Shown here: positions 31,430 through 42,572 of the stretch, one piece after another | Layout of the letters: the number at the start of each line of letters is the position of its first letter | How positions within the stretch are numbered: the first letter of the stretch is position 1 | Assembly: GCA_019358915.1 (NCBI GenBank) | Contig: JAHHIM010000021.1 | Location: 1 to 64,000 of the forward strand | Length of the DNA stretch: 64,000 nucleotides | From: Trichormus sp. ATA11-4-KO1 | Lineage (GTDB): Bacteria > Cyanobacteriota > Cyanobacteriia > Cyanobacteriales > Nostocaceae | Direction of reading: 5' to 3' | Translations under genes and position numbers: made by a program | The notes under the pieces: generated by a model | What the model saw: the letters and a program-made list of their open reading frames with translations, nothing else | Told to the model about the DNA's origin: nothing | The model's database searches: none

Positions 31430-31852
31430 TTAAGACAAGGAATAACCGGTGGCTTTTTGCACAAATTTTAAAACTTTTTCATATGATTCCGGATTACTTA
31501 CTGGGTTTATAATGATGGGGATAGTACCATCAGGTAACCAAAAAGTTATCCTGCCATTAGATTCCTGACAAAAAGAACTGATGCAGGTGAGGTTAATTAT
31601 ATATTCACTTTTCTCATAAATAATTTTCACCCAATAGGCGTTATCTAGTTCCAATCCGGTAACATGTTCTAGATATTCCAGAACTTTTTGATAGTCTACT
31701 AAATTACTTTGCGGGTTAATTACAATAGGGATAGCACTATCGGGTAACCAAAAGGTAACCCTGCCGTTCTTTTCATAACAAAAAGCATTAACACGGTCGA
31801 AATTAACTACATATTCTTTCCTCTCGTAAAGGATTTTCACCCAGTACGCCAC
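31430..31852 (-). CDS. Hypothetical protein made of two tandem repeats of about 70 aa
   Basis: AYWVKI.YE..EY..N......F..E.NGR.TFWLPD..IPI.INP.SN...Y.KVL occurs twice; AAGGAG upstream. Confidence 0.75.
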   Translation of the reverse strand: MAYWVKILYERKEYVVNFDRVNAFCYEKNGRVTFWLPDSAIPIVINPQSNLVDYQKVLEYLEHVTGLELDNAYWVKIIYEKSEYIINLTCISSFCQESNGRITFWLPDGTIPIIINPVSNPESYEKVLKFVQKATGYSLS

Positions 31853-31983
31853 AACATCTCCTTAAGTTTGAAGTTTATGAATGATGCACCCTGTGTATAA
31901 CCGAAAATCTCCTCAATTCCTAAGTCAATGTTGCTATGTGCTAATTCAAAACTCAAAAAATATTTTTTTGAGTTTTGAATTAA

Positions 31984-33651
<1,668 letters not shown>

Positions 33652-33711
33652 TCAAAATACATCCCGTCATTGTGCCACAGTCACTGTGGTGAAATCTTCT
33701 GTGCTGTTGTC

Positions 33712-35547
33712 GTGAAAAAACTTCTAGGATTAGTAATATTAGGCTGTATTGTTACCTCCTCTGTAGCCTTGGCAGGAATGGCTGCGCCACGCATATCATC
33801 GCTTTTAGTTGTTTATCCCCCAACCAACCACCAGACAAGTGCGGAAAAAATATTCTTGATTGGCACAGCACCACCAGATGCGCAGGTTCTCATCAATGGT
33901 AAGCCAATTAACCGCAGTCAGGCAGGTCATTTTTCCCCAAGTTTTCCTTTGCAGTTGGGAGAGAATCTCTTTACTGTACGTCACCGCCACCAAGAACTGG
34001 AAATTAAAGTTACCAGGCTTTCTACTCAGCCTGAGTTACCGCAGGGGTTAGCCTTTGCTAAAGGTTCTTTGTCTCCCGCAGCTGACATTACCAGACTACC
34101 AGGAGAACTAATTTGTTTTAGCGCGATCGCACCCCCTCAAGCCAGTGTATCTGTGAAACTGGCAAATCAAAATATTGTCCTTGCACCCCAACCCCAACAG
34201 GTAAGTTTACCAAGTAATTCGGCTGCCCTCACGGGAAGCAACCAGCCTACTACCCAGTCTATTCCCGGAAAGTATGAGGGTTGTACTACAGTTCAACCAC
34301 CTAGTTCCCTCATCTACGGTAACAATATCATTTCTGGTGCTGTGGTTCCCGATGCCAGTAAAAACCTTGATTTAGGTAAACCGGAATTTCAACTGACACT
34401 GAATGGCAAGACGATAACTCAACCAGGAACTGGCAAGATTCAAATCCTCTCACCCTCCAACTTGCAAGTTGCTGAGGTGGTAGTAGATGCAGGCGTAGCA
34501 CGTACTGGACCAAGTACCGATTATTCTCGACTCACCCCACTACCTCAAGGAACACAGGCATCAATTACTGGAAGTGAGGGTGAATGGTTACGCCTAGACT
34601 ATGGCGGTTGGATTAATAGTCAGGAGACTCGTGTTTTACCAGGTGCTATTCCGCCACGCACAACTATTCGCAGTGTCGGATATCGCCGAAATCCCAGTGC
34701 CACAGAGATAGTTTTCCCCTTACAAGTTCCAGTTCCCGTGAGCGTGCAACAAAGTGATGATAAATTTACCCTCACACTTTACAACACTACTGCCCAAACA
34801 GATACAATTCGTCTAGATGATGACCCTGTAATTTCTCGTCTAGATTGGCAGCAGGTAGCTCCAGGACAAGCACAATACACCTTTAACCTCAAAAAAGCTC
34901 AACAGTGGGGATATAAGCTGAAATACGACAATACAACCCTGGTTTTAGCTTTACGTCATCCGCCGACAATGGGTCGTGAAAGACGCAATCCGCTATCTGG
35001 TATCAAGATTTTACTCGATCCAGGGCATGGAGGCAAAGAATCGGGGGCGATCGGTCCGACTGGATATACAGAAAAAGAAGTCAATTTAGTCGTATCCCAG
35101 TTATTGCGTGATCAATTAGTGAAACTAGGGGCAACAGTAGTCATGACTAGAGACACTGATATGGAAGTTTCCCTAGGCGATCGCATGGCCATGATACATC
35201 GAGAAGCACCCGCGATCGCCCTATCCATACATTACAATGCCTTACCCGATAGTGGTGACGCTGAGAACACCAAGGGAATCGGCACTTTCTGGTATCATCC
35301 CCAAGCCCACAGCCTAGCTATATTTATGCATAATTATTTAGTGAAAAAGCTAGATAGACCTTCCTACGGCGTATTTTGGAACAACCTAGCGCTAACCCGT
35401 CCCCATGCAGCACCCTCAGTATTATTGGAATTAGGTTTTATGATCAACCCCGAAGAATTTGAATGGATAGAAAATCCCCAAGCACAGCAAAAATTAGCCA
35501 AAGCTTTGGCTGATGGGGTTGTAGAGTGGTTTAAAACTAGGGAATAG
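33712..35547 (+). CDS. N-acetylmuramoyl-L-alanine amidase (Amidase_3 with SH3-like domain)
   Basis: Signal peptide; LLDPGHGG, EKEVNL, SIHYNA and VLLELGF motifs. Confidence 0.93.
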   Translation: MKKLLGLVILGCIVTSSVALAGMAAPRISSLLVVYPPTNHQTSAEKIFLIGTAPPDAQVLINGKPINRSQAGHFSPSFPLQLGENLFTVRHRHQELEIKVTRLSTQPELPQGLAFAKGSLSPAADITRLPGELICFSAIAPPQASVSVKLANQNIVLAPQPQQVSLPSNSAALTGSNQPTTQSIPGKYEGCTTVQPPSSLIYGNNIISGAVVPDASKNLDLGKPEFQLTLNGKTITQPGTGKIQILSPSNLQVAEVVVDAGVARTGPSTDYSRLTPLPQGTQASITGSEGEWLRLDYGGWINSQETRVLPGAIPPRTTIRSVGYRRNPSATEIVFPLQVPVPVSVQQSDDKFTLTLYNTTAQTDTIRLDDDPVISRLDWQQVAPGQAQYTFNLKKAQQWGYKLKYDNTTLVLALRHPPTMGRERRNPLSGIKILLDPGHGGKESGAIGPTGYTEKEVNLVVSQLLRDQLVKLGATVVMTRDTDMEVSLGDRMAMIHREAPAIALSIHYNALPDSGDAENTKGIGTFWYHPQAHSLAIFMHNYLVKKLDRPSYGVFWNNLALTRPHAAPSVLLELGFMINPEEFEWIENPQAQQKLAKALADGVVEWFKTRE

Positions 35548-35642
35548 GGAGTGGGGAAGGTGAGGCCTCCTCTGGGGATAAGGGGCAATGGGGAGTGGGG
35601 AATGCTAGTTTGAAGAGTAGAGCATTGCATAAGAGCTAAACC

Positions 35643-35894
35643 ATGTCATCCACAGCAGTTATCACAATTGTCAAGATGTTAGAATCTTTACCCGTTGAGG
35701 TACAAGAGCGTGTTGCAGAGCATCTTCGAGAGTATATTGAAGACTTGCAAGATGAGATGAAATGGCATGAGTTGTTTCAACGCAGTCAATCAAAACTTGT
35801 TGCTGCTGCACAAAGAGCCAAACAGGAAATTACCGAGGGACAAGCAACAGCTAGAAATAAACTTAGTGATAGAAGGCTTGTCGCAAACTTATAA
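35643..35894 (+). CDS. Small antitoxin-like hypothetical protein
   Basis: Resembles small cyanobacterial putative antitoxins (LESLP..VQ..V..HL..YI....DE..W...F..SQ..L...A..A..E..EG). Recognised from memory only. Confidence 0.5.
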   Translation: MSSTAVITIVKMLESLPVEVQERVAEHLREYIEDLQDEMKWHELFQRSQSKLVAAAQRAKQEITEGQATARNKLSDRRLVANL

Positions 35895-36482
35895 CTATTT
35901 CTGGGCTTCAGTACTTGGCTGTAATTGGCTAGTAGCGTGGAGTTTAATAAAACTATCAAATGCGTACCATGCCAACACATACCAAGGTATAATTTCTACT
36001 TGCAAACCTTGAATCAGCAATTGCCTAACAGCAAGCATACTAAGTCCTAAAGGAAAAATAAAACGCAAGTCTACCTCACCGTTTGTTGCCTGTTCAAATT
36101 GCTTGTTTAAGTTAGTAATTGCGCTGGTGATATTCGTTGCAGCTTCAGATTTTCCTTCAGTAATATCTGTGAAAACAACTCCTAAATTTAGTAATGTGGC
36201 GAACACATTTTCCAAGGTTTCATCTTTTCCATCATAGTTAACAACAATACTGCCGTAAGGAATATTTATCTGTATCTGACTGATGTTAGGTTGTGCTTTT
36301 AATGTTGTAGCAAGGCGTTGCATTTCTCTAGCATGGCGGTGGGGTTGAGCAATTCTCAACCTTAGTCGTCCTGGGGTATCACTAATGATTTTCGTAGATA
36401 TAGGTTTAGATAACTTGTTAAAGCTTGCTTGCTCAATAATTTTGGCTATTTTGGTGGGATTACCATGACTGTTAATTAACAC
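35895..36482 (-). CDS. HMA2-type domain membrane protein
   Basis: SDTPGRLRLR...GSIVV.Y HMA-like fold without CxxC; C-terminal DLRFIFPL...IPWYVLAWYAF hydrophobic region. Confidence 0.75.
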   Translation of the reverse strand: MLINSHGNPTKIAKIIEQASFNKLSKPISTKIISDTPGRLRLRIAQPHRHAREMQRLATTLKAQPNISQIQINIPYGSIVVNYDGKDETLENVFATLLNLGVVFTDITEGKSEAATNITSAITNLNKQFEQATNGEVDLRFIFPLGLSMLAVRQLLIQGLQVEIIPWYVLAWYAFDSFIKLHATSQLQPSTEAQK

Positions 36483-36569
36483 ACAGCCGACCTCCTAATT
36501 GATATTTTTGATTTTGCAATGGCTCGTAGTGAGGACTAAATTCCTCACTACAAACTTTCATTGGCCGAT

Positions 36570-36878
36570 TTATACGCCATGATCTCCTGGATTGTCGCCA
36601 GGAGTGCTAGCAGCTTCAAATGCAGGGGTTTCTCTTTCCTCAGCAATTTCCGCCTTTGCTTCGGCTATAATGTCTTCCCAGGTTTCGCCCATTTCTGCAA
36701 ATGCTCCTCTGCTTTTTTCGTAGGCGACAATTCCACCTTTGATGAGTGACTTGGCTAAGGGTTTACCAATTCCTGCCACAACAGGAATGATCACAGGTGC
36801 CAGTAGTACCGCCCCAATACCAGCTATAATTCCAGGAGCGCCAGCGTCTTCAACGAAATCAGTAATTTTAGGTGCCAT
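36570..36878 (-). CDS. DUF5132 family small membrane protein
   Basis: GIIAGIGAVLLAP..P......KPLAKS.IKGG...YEK.....AE.GE..EDI.AEAKAE. Confidence 0.8.
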   Translation of the reverse strand: MAPKITDFVEDAGAPGIIAGIGAVLLAPVIIPVVAGIGKPLAKSLIKGGIVAYEKSRGAFAEMGETWEDIIAEAKAEIAEERETPAFEAASTPGDNPGDHGV

Positions 36879-37065
36879 AGTAAAATTTTCTCCAATAGAT
36901 ATAAGAAAGCTTTCTAGCGTAATCTGCGCGAGATTGTGATCTCATCTTGCTGATGGCAGAGTTTTATGAGCCGCAGGTTTGGTAAATCGTTCTGCTAAAA
37001 GCATTCATCCAGAACGTAAAACTTTTCTATGCCCCATGAACATTAGCAGCAAATATACTAAAAGC

Positions 37066-38502
37066 ATGACACATACTATTCAACCATTAACTCGGAAAGC
37101 TTGGGCTAGTGCGATCGCGGAGCCGGCGAAGGAATTTCCTCTGACTCAATTGCCAATCCTGGCGGGTAAAGTTCCTGATGGCTTGCGCGGGACACTATAT
37201 CGCAATGGGCCTGGACGGCTAGAACGTGGCGGTATCCATGCAGGGCACTGGTTTGATGGCGATGGGGCAGTACTGGCGGTTAATTTTACCGATGCAGGTG
37301 TGACTGGACTTTATCGTTATGTGCAAACTGCTGGCTATCAAAAAGAAGCCGTAGCAGGTAAATTGCTTTACGGCAATTACGGTATGACAGCACCAGGGCC
37401 AATTTGGAATCAATGGCTCAAACCAGTTAAAAATGCGGCTAATACTTCGGTGCTGGCTTTACCTGATAAATTGCTGGCACTTTGGGAAGGTGCTAATCCT
37501 CATGCCCTTGACCTGGAAACTTTAGAAACGAGGGGTTTAGATAATTTAGATGGTCTGGGACAGGGATTACCCTATTCGGCACATCCCAAAGTTGATTACC
37601 AAACTAAAGAGATTTTTAACTTTGGTATCAGTGTTGCATTCAACGCGACGCTAAATGTTTATAAAAGTGACTTTACTGGCAAGATTATTCAAAAAGCCCA
37701 GTTCACACTAGAGGGTGTTCCCCTCATACATGATTTTGTTTTGGCAGGACAATATCTGATATTTTTTGCTCCTGCGGTGCGCTTAAATCTTTTCCCTGCC
37801 CTTGTGGGTATTAGCAGTTACAGTGGTTCACTGGAGTGGCAGCCTCAAGCGGGAACTCAGATTTTGGTGATTGATCGCGAAACTTTATCTTTGGTGAGTC
37901 GTGGAGAAACTGAACCTTGGTTTCAATGGCATTTTGCCAATGGTTATGTGGATGCTAATAATTTAGTAGTTGTAGATATTGCCCGATATCAAGATTTTCA
38001 AACCAATCAATATCTCCAGGAAGTAGCTACAGGAGAAACTCATACCTCAGCAAAATCTACACTAACACGAGTTCATCTTCAGCCCCAAACTGGTAAAGTC
38101 ACATCGATTCAGCAACTCTTGGACAGAAGTTGTGAATTTCCCAATGTACCGCCGCAAAATTTGGGACAAGTTTCGCGTTACACATATATGTCTTTATTCC
38201 GCCAAGGAACAGACATTAGCCAAGAACTATTAAACGCGATCGCTCGTTTCGACCACAATACTGAAACTCTCACCGAAGCAGACTTAGGAGAAAATCGCTA
38301 TCCTAGCGAACCTCTACCTGTGCAAGATACCCAAAATCCTCACCAAAGTTGGGTTTTAACAGTAATTTACGATGGTAATTCCCATAGTAGCGAAGTTTGG
38401 GTATTTGATAGCGATCGCCTAGATGAAAAACCGGTTTGCAGGCTAGGATTACCTAGCGTCATTCCCCACAGTTTCCACGGTAACTGGAAAGTAGTGCAAT
38501 AA
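37066..38502 (+). CDS. Carotenoid oxygenase (RPE65/CCO family)
   Basis: LYRNGPG, HWFDGDG, SAHPK, IHDF, QWHFAN, EFP and HSFHG iron-ligand histidines. Confidence 0.93.
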   Translation: MTHTIQPLTRKAWASAIAEPAKEFPLTQLPILAGKVPDGLRGTLYRNGPGRLERGGIHAGHWFDGDGAVLAVNFTDAGVTGLYRYVQTAGYQKEAVAGKLLYGNYGMTAPGPIWNQWLKPVKNAANTSVLALPDKLLALWEGANPHALDLETLETRGLDNLDGLGQGLPYSAHPKVDYQTKEIFNFGISVAFNATLNVYKSDFTGKIIQKAQFTLEGVPLIHDFVLAGQYLIFFAPAVRLNLFPALVGISSYSGSLEWQPQAGTQILVIDRETLSLVSRGETEPWFQWHFANGYVDANNLVVVDIARYQDFQTNQYLQEVATGETHTSAKSTLTRVHLQPQTGKVTSIQQLLDRSCEFPNVPPQNLGQVSRYTYMSLFRQGTDISQELLNAIARFDHNTETLTEADLGENRYPSEPLPVQDTQNPHQSWVLTVIYDGNSHSSEVWVFDSDRLDEKPVCRLGLPSVIPHSFHGNWKVVQ

Positions 38503-38553
38503 AAAAAGTTTTTAGTCAGGGATTTAGTCTTTAAAGCCCTTATTTAGCTGACT

Positions 38554-40191
38554 CTAAAAGTCTAAAACATCTAATGATTCTGCAATTTCTAAATCTAAAA
38601 CTCTTTGACGAGCATCTTTGAGCGCTTCTAACTTGCCTTCTTGGCGATAAATATCTGCTGCTTTACGAAAATCATCAATTGCTAGTTGTTTATCTCCTAA
38701 TTTTGTATAAACATTACCACGATTGTAATAAGCATTCGCATAATGAGAATTAATCTGTATTGTCTGGGTGAAATCCTCAATTGCTCCCTCGTAATCTCCT
38801 AAATCATAACGGGAATTACCACGGTTATAATAAGCATCTATATACTGCGGATTCAGTTGTATAGCCTGAGTATAATCGGCAATTGCACCTTCATAATCTT
38901 CTAGATCAGCACGCGCATTTCCACGATTTTTATAAGCAACTGCATCTTGAGGATTCATCTTAATTGCCTGCGAAAAACCCTGGTGATATTCGATAGAATA
39001 ACGCGCAATTCCCTGATTTTTATAAGTATCAGCGTAATGAGGATTAATTTTGATCGCCTGAGTGTAATCCTCGATTGCTCCTTGGTTATCACCTATATGA
39101 GAACGAGCTTCAGCACGGTTTTTATAAGCAACAGCAACATGAGGATTAATTCTAATAGCTTCTGTATAATCCTCTATTGCTTCTGCAAAATTTCCTAGTT
39201 GATAACGAGCTAAACCTCTTTTATTGTAGGCTTTGCCATCGTTAATATTAATCTGTATTGCCTGAGAATAATCTGTACTCGCTGCTTCATAATCTCCGAG
39301 TTGATAATAAGCCAACCCACGTTTGTAATAAATATCAGCATCATTATTAAATTGCAAAGCTTGGTTATAGTGATTAATTGCAGCTTCATAATCACCTTTA
39401 TTAAAACATTCATCACCCAGTTGTACATAAAGTAGATTTATATCTTCATTCTGATGATTTAAATAATTAGTTCTATCTGAGAATAAGATAGATTTAGTTA
39501 ACTGCTTTGTGGATGAACGAGATAGCTGTTCTTGTTTAGGGGCATATTGATAAATTTGCGGTTCATGTCTAGAAAAATTATGATTTACAGAAGATTGTAA
39601 TTGTTCTAAATAGCACCATAAGCCACCACCATATAATAATTGATTGATCCCAAAGGAAATTTTTCCAGTTTTTAACTTAATCATTTGAGTAGGAAGAAAG
39701 CCAGCCAAAAAAAGGTGATATTCGGGTTGCGCTTCATTGACGTTTTCTTGAATCAAAACGCAAACTACAACTGCATTTTTTTCGACTTCTTCCGAACTAA
39801 CTGACCATCTAATTTTATCAATACTGCCATGACGAGATTTTACTTCCACACCAACAGATGGGTTAGAAGTCAAGGTAAAATCAATTTTGCCATCGCCGCC
39901 GAATCTTTTTTCATAATCTACTTCTGTAATTAAATCAGCTAAACGTTCTTTAACGACTTCTTCACCCAGTTTCCCTTTAAGATTGTTGATAAAAACGTCA
40001 CGAACTGGCGAGGTACGCTTATATTTCTCAGCCATCAGCCAGCAAAAATCTCGTAATGCCTTTAATCTTTCTCCAGAGATTATAGTTAGTTCGCTGTATT
40101 GACCTTCTGTTTCACAATGAAGCAGACAACCAGATGATAACCTTTTAACAAAATCAGACTGTAGCGATCGCAGTAGTGTAATCCAGTCCAT
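38554..40191 (-). CDS. TPR protein with N-terminal restriction-endonuclease-like domain
   Basis: About 8 C-terminal TPRs (AY.NRG.A...LGD..GAI.DY.QAI.INP); N-terminal GKLGE...GGDG.IDF...VEVKS. Confidence 0.8.
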   Translation of the reverse strand: MDWITLLRSLQSDFVKRLSSGCLLHCETEGQYSELTIISGERLKALRDFCWLMAEKYKRTSPVRDVFINNLKGKLGEEVVKERLADLITEVDYEKRFGGDGKIDFTLTSNPSVGVEVKSRHGSIDKIRWSVSSEEVEKNAVVVCVLIQENVNEAQPEYHLFLAGFLPTQMIKLKTGKISFGINQLLYGGGLWCYLEQLQSSVNHNFSRHEPQIYQYAPKQEQLSRSSTKQLTKSILFSDRTNYLNHQNEDINLLYVQLGDECFNKGDYEAAINHYNQALQFNNDADIYYKRGLAYYQLGDYEAASTDYSQAIQININDGKAYNKRGLARYQLGNFAEAIEDYTEAIRINPHVAVAYKNRAEARSHIGDNQGAIEDYTQAIKINPHYADTYKNQGIARYSIEYHQGFSQAIKMNPQDAVAYKNRGNARADLEDYEGAIADYTQAIQLNPQYIDAYYNRGNSRYDLGDYEGAIEDFTQTIQINSHYANAYYNRGNVYTKLGDKQLAIDDFRKAADIYRQEGKLEALKDARQRVLDLEIAESLDVLDF

Positions 40192-40438
40192 CTATCTATA
40201 AAATGCTGCGAATCTTTTGATGAGATTATTTTATTAGAATATCCAGTTAGCGTAAACAATTCAATTAGCTGAGGGGTGATATTGCCACCAACTGGTTAAA
40301 AATATGTCACAAGCCTTAACTGTACTGATTTTTTGGAGATGCGATCGCGAAGAATAATAAAATTAACTAACCACCAATAGATACAGTAAAGGGCACAGCG
40401 TTGCTGTACCCTGAAAATATTTATAGCTCCTAAGTTTA

Positions 40439-40711
40439 TCAAAAACCGACAGATGGTAGCTTGCCTTGTAGCAACTGGAATTTGGACTGAACGCAAGTAG
40501 CGCAGTTGCAACCGAGTTGATCCATAATCGGATTAGATGATTGAGTCACCTTGAGAGCGGCAAATTCGTCAACTTGTTGATGAGATGCAATTGAAACCAT
40601 TTGTGTAGTAAATGCAGATTCTAGACTAGATGCATGAGATGGATTCGCTACCAGTAATATAGATGCGAGAAACACAGGACAGGCAAGCAAAATCAGTTTG
40701 GCTATGTTCAT
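40439..40711 (-). CDS. Small secreted protein with CxCxxC motif
   Basis: Signal peptide ending SHA; C-terminal LGCNCATC. Confidence 0.65.
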   Translation of the reverse strand: MNIAKLILLACPVFLASILLVANPSHASSLESAFTTQMVSIASHQQVDEFAALKVTQSSNPIMDQLGCNCATCVQSKFQLLQGKLPSVGF

Positions 40712-40930
40712 AATTCACACATAAATACTATTTCTGCTACAGCATAGCCAATAAATAGGGATACCTTCAACTTAATGATGGTGTATTACTAACTACACTA
40801 CAATCCTTGACCTCTTTCAACCTCTTAAGTTCCCAACGACTATTGACACCTGAGTAGACTTTTTCCCGCCTCCCGAAAAAATGGGCACAATGGAAGAAAT
40901 AATCATAATTATCGCAACTTGGTATTACTT

Positions 40931-41464
40931 ATGGCTGAATTAATGCCAATCATTCAATTGGGCAATCCTATACTGCGCCAAAAAGCGGCTTGGGTTGATA
41001 ATATTCAAGATGCACACATTCAAAATCTAATTGATGATTTGACCGCAACAGTTGCCAAAGCTAACGGCGTAGGAATTGCCGCACCGCAAGTAGCAGCATC
41101 CTATCGTTTATTTATTGTAGCTTCCCGTCCTAATCTCAGGTATCCTCACGCTCCGGTAATGGAACCTACTGCTATGATCAATCCGAGAATAGTGGCTCAT
41201 GCTACTGAAATTGTCAAAGGTTGGGAAGGTTGTTTAAGTGTGCCGGGTATTAGAGGATTAGTTCCCAGATATCAGGCAGTTGAAGTTGCATATACTAACC
41301 GCAATGGCAAGTTACAAAAACAAGAATTAACTGATTTTGTCGCGCGGATTTTTCAACATGAGCATGATCATCTCGACGGTATAGTATTTGTAGACCGTCT
41401 TGAGAACAATCTCGATATTCTTACTGAAGACGAATATCAAAAACGAATAGCTAACAATATTTAG
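40931..41464 (+). CDS. def: Peptide deformylase
   Basis: GVGIAAPQV, EGCLS and QHEHDHLDG motifs. Confidence 0.96.
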   Translation: MAELMPIIQLGNPILRQKAAWVDNIQDAHIQNLIDDLTATVAKANGVGIAAPQVAASYRLFIVASRPNLRYPHAPVMEPTAMINPRIVAHATEIVKGWEGCLSVPGIRGLVPRYQAVEVAYTNRNGKLQKQELTDFVARIFQHEHDHLDGIVFVDRLENNLDILTEDEYQKRIANNI

Positions 41465-41651
41465 TTACAAATAGTAACAATAAAATATAAAACACACGCT
41501 ATTTTATTGCTAATAGCTAATAGCAAAAGTCTTTTCTAGAAGACTAACAACACGTAAACGAAAATAGCTCTCAAGGAAGAGACTGGACACTGAAGCTAAA
41601 GTTATATTTAACCTATTGTTAACCTTAGTCTTGGTGCAGCTCATCGATTAA

Positions 41652-42572
41652 ATGACAACAACTATTAGTAGTCGTGGCTTAAGTCCGCAGTCAATCATGT
41701 CTCCTGAGTTTATTGCTACTCAGGCTCAAAACGCTGAAGTCAAGGTAAATAAACATACTAGCCCAGAAGTTGCACAGTCACAATCACAAATTGTCCATGC
41801 AACTAACGGACGCATCCGCATTCGCGCTACTAACAATAGTTTTAACTCGCAACTAGAAACTATATCCCAAAATTTACGGCAACACAAAGGGGTAAGAGGA
41901 GTTTCTATTAATCAGCAAACAGGTAGTTTGGTCGTCACATTTGATCAAACTCTGTTGTCATTACCGCAGTTATTGAGCATACTTCAAAAATTTGATATTC
42001 AACCGCCTCAAGTCAACAATGTAGATTTTTTGGCTGCGTGGAAATCTTTAGATTTTTGGCAAGAACAGTCGATTTCGTTCATCCCCTTGATGATAGGTTT
42101 AGTAGTGACGGGAGGACTAGGAATCAGAGGTTTAGCAGCGATTCCAGTTTACATGATGACCGCAAATGCAACTCGCCAGGTAATGGATTATCTGCAACCC
42201 CAATGTTGGGAAACAACAGGCGATCCTCACCACAAGGTTGTCCATGTAATCCCTGGCCGAATCAGGTTTCATGTGCCGCAAATCGCTGAAGATCGTGCCT
42301 ATGGTAGGCGACTGGAGAGGTTAATTAAAACCGATTCCCAAGTTATTAGTGTGCGGGTAAATTATGATGCAGCGTCGATCGCGATCGCTTATCAGCCTGG
42401 TGAGGTGGCTATTAGTCATTGGCTGAATTTAATGGAATTGGCTGTAGATGTGAACCCATTGCCCGATCCCGTTAAGGTGTCTAGTCAAAATGTATCGAGT
42501 TTATGGTCTAATATGCAGCCTCCAGCGCTGTCTTTTTTCCTGGCGTATTTGGCAAACTTAACGAACCACTAA
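41652..42572 (+). CDS. Protein with two HMA2-type domains flanking a hydrophobic hairpin
   Basis: HATNGRIRIR...TGSLVV.F and HVIPGRIRF...AASIAI.Y; central IPLMIGLVVTGGLGIRG. Confidence 0.75.
   Translation: MTTTISSRGLSPQSIMSPEFIATQAQNAEVKVNKHTSPEVAQSQSQIVHATNGRIRIRATNNSFNSQLETISQNLRQHKGVRGVSINQQTGSLVVTFDQTLLSLPQLLSILQKFDIQPPQVNNVDFLAAWKSLDFWQEQSISFIPLMIGLVVTGGLGIRGLAAIPVYMMTANATRQVMDYLQPQCWETTGDPHHKVVHVIPGRIRFHVPQIAEDRAYGRRLERLIKTDSQVISVRVNYDAASIAIAYQPGEVAISHWLNLMELAVDVNPLPDPVKVSSQNVSSLWSNMQPPALSFFLAYLANLTNH

Noticed and set aside
40898..40916. Fur-like box upstream of def
   Set aside because: Only about 12/19 match to the canonical box in AT-rich DNA; could be chance.
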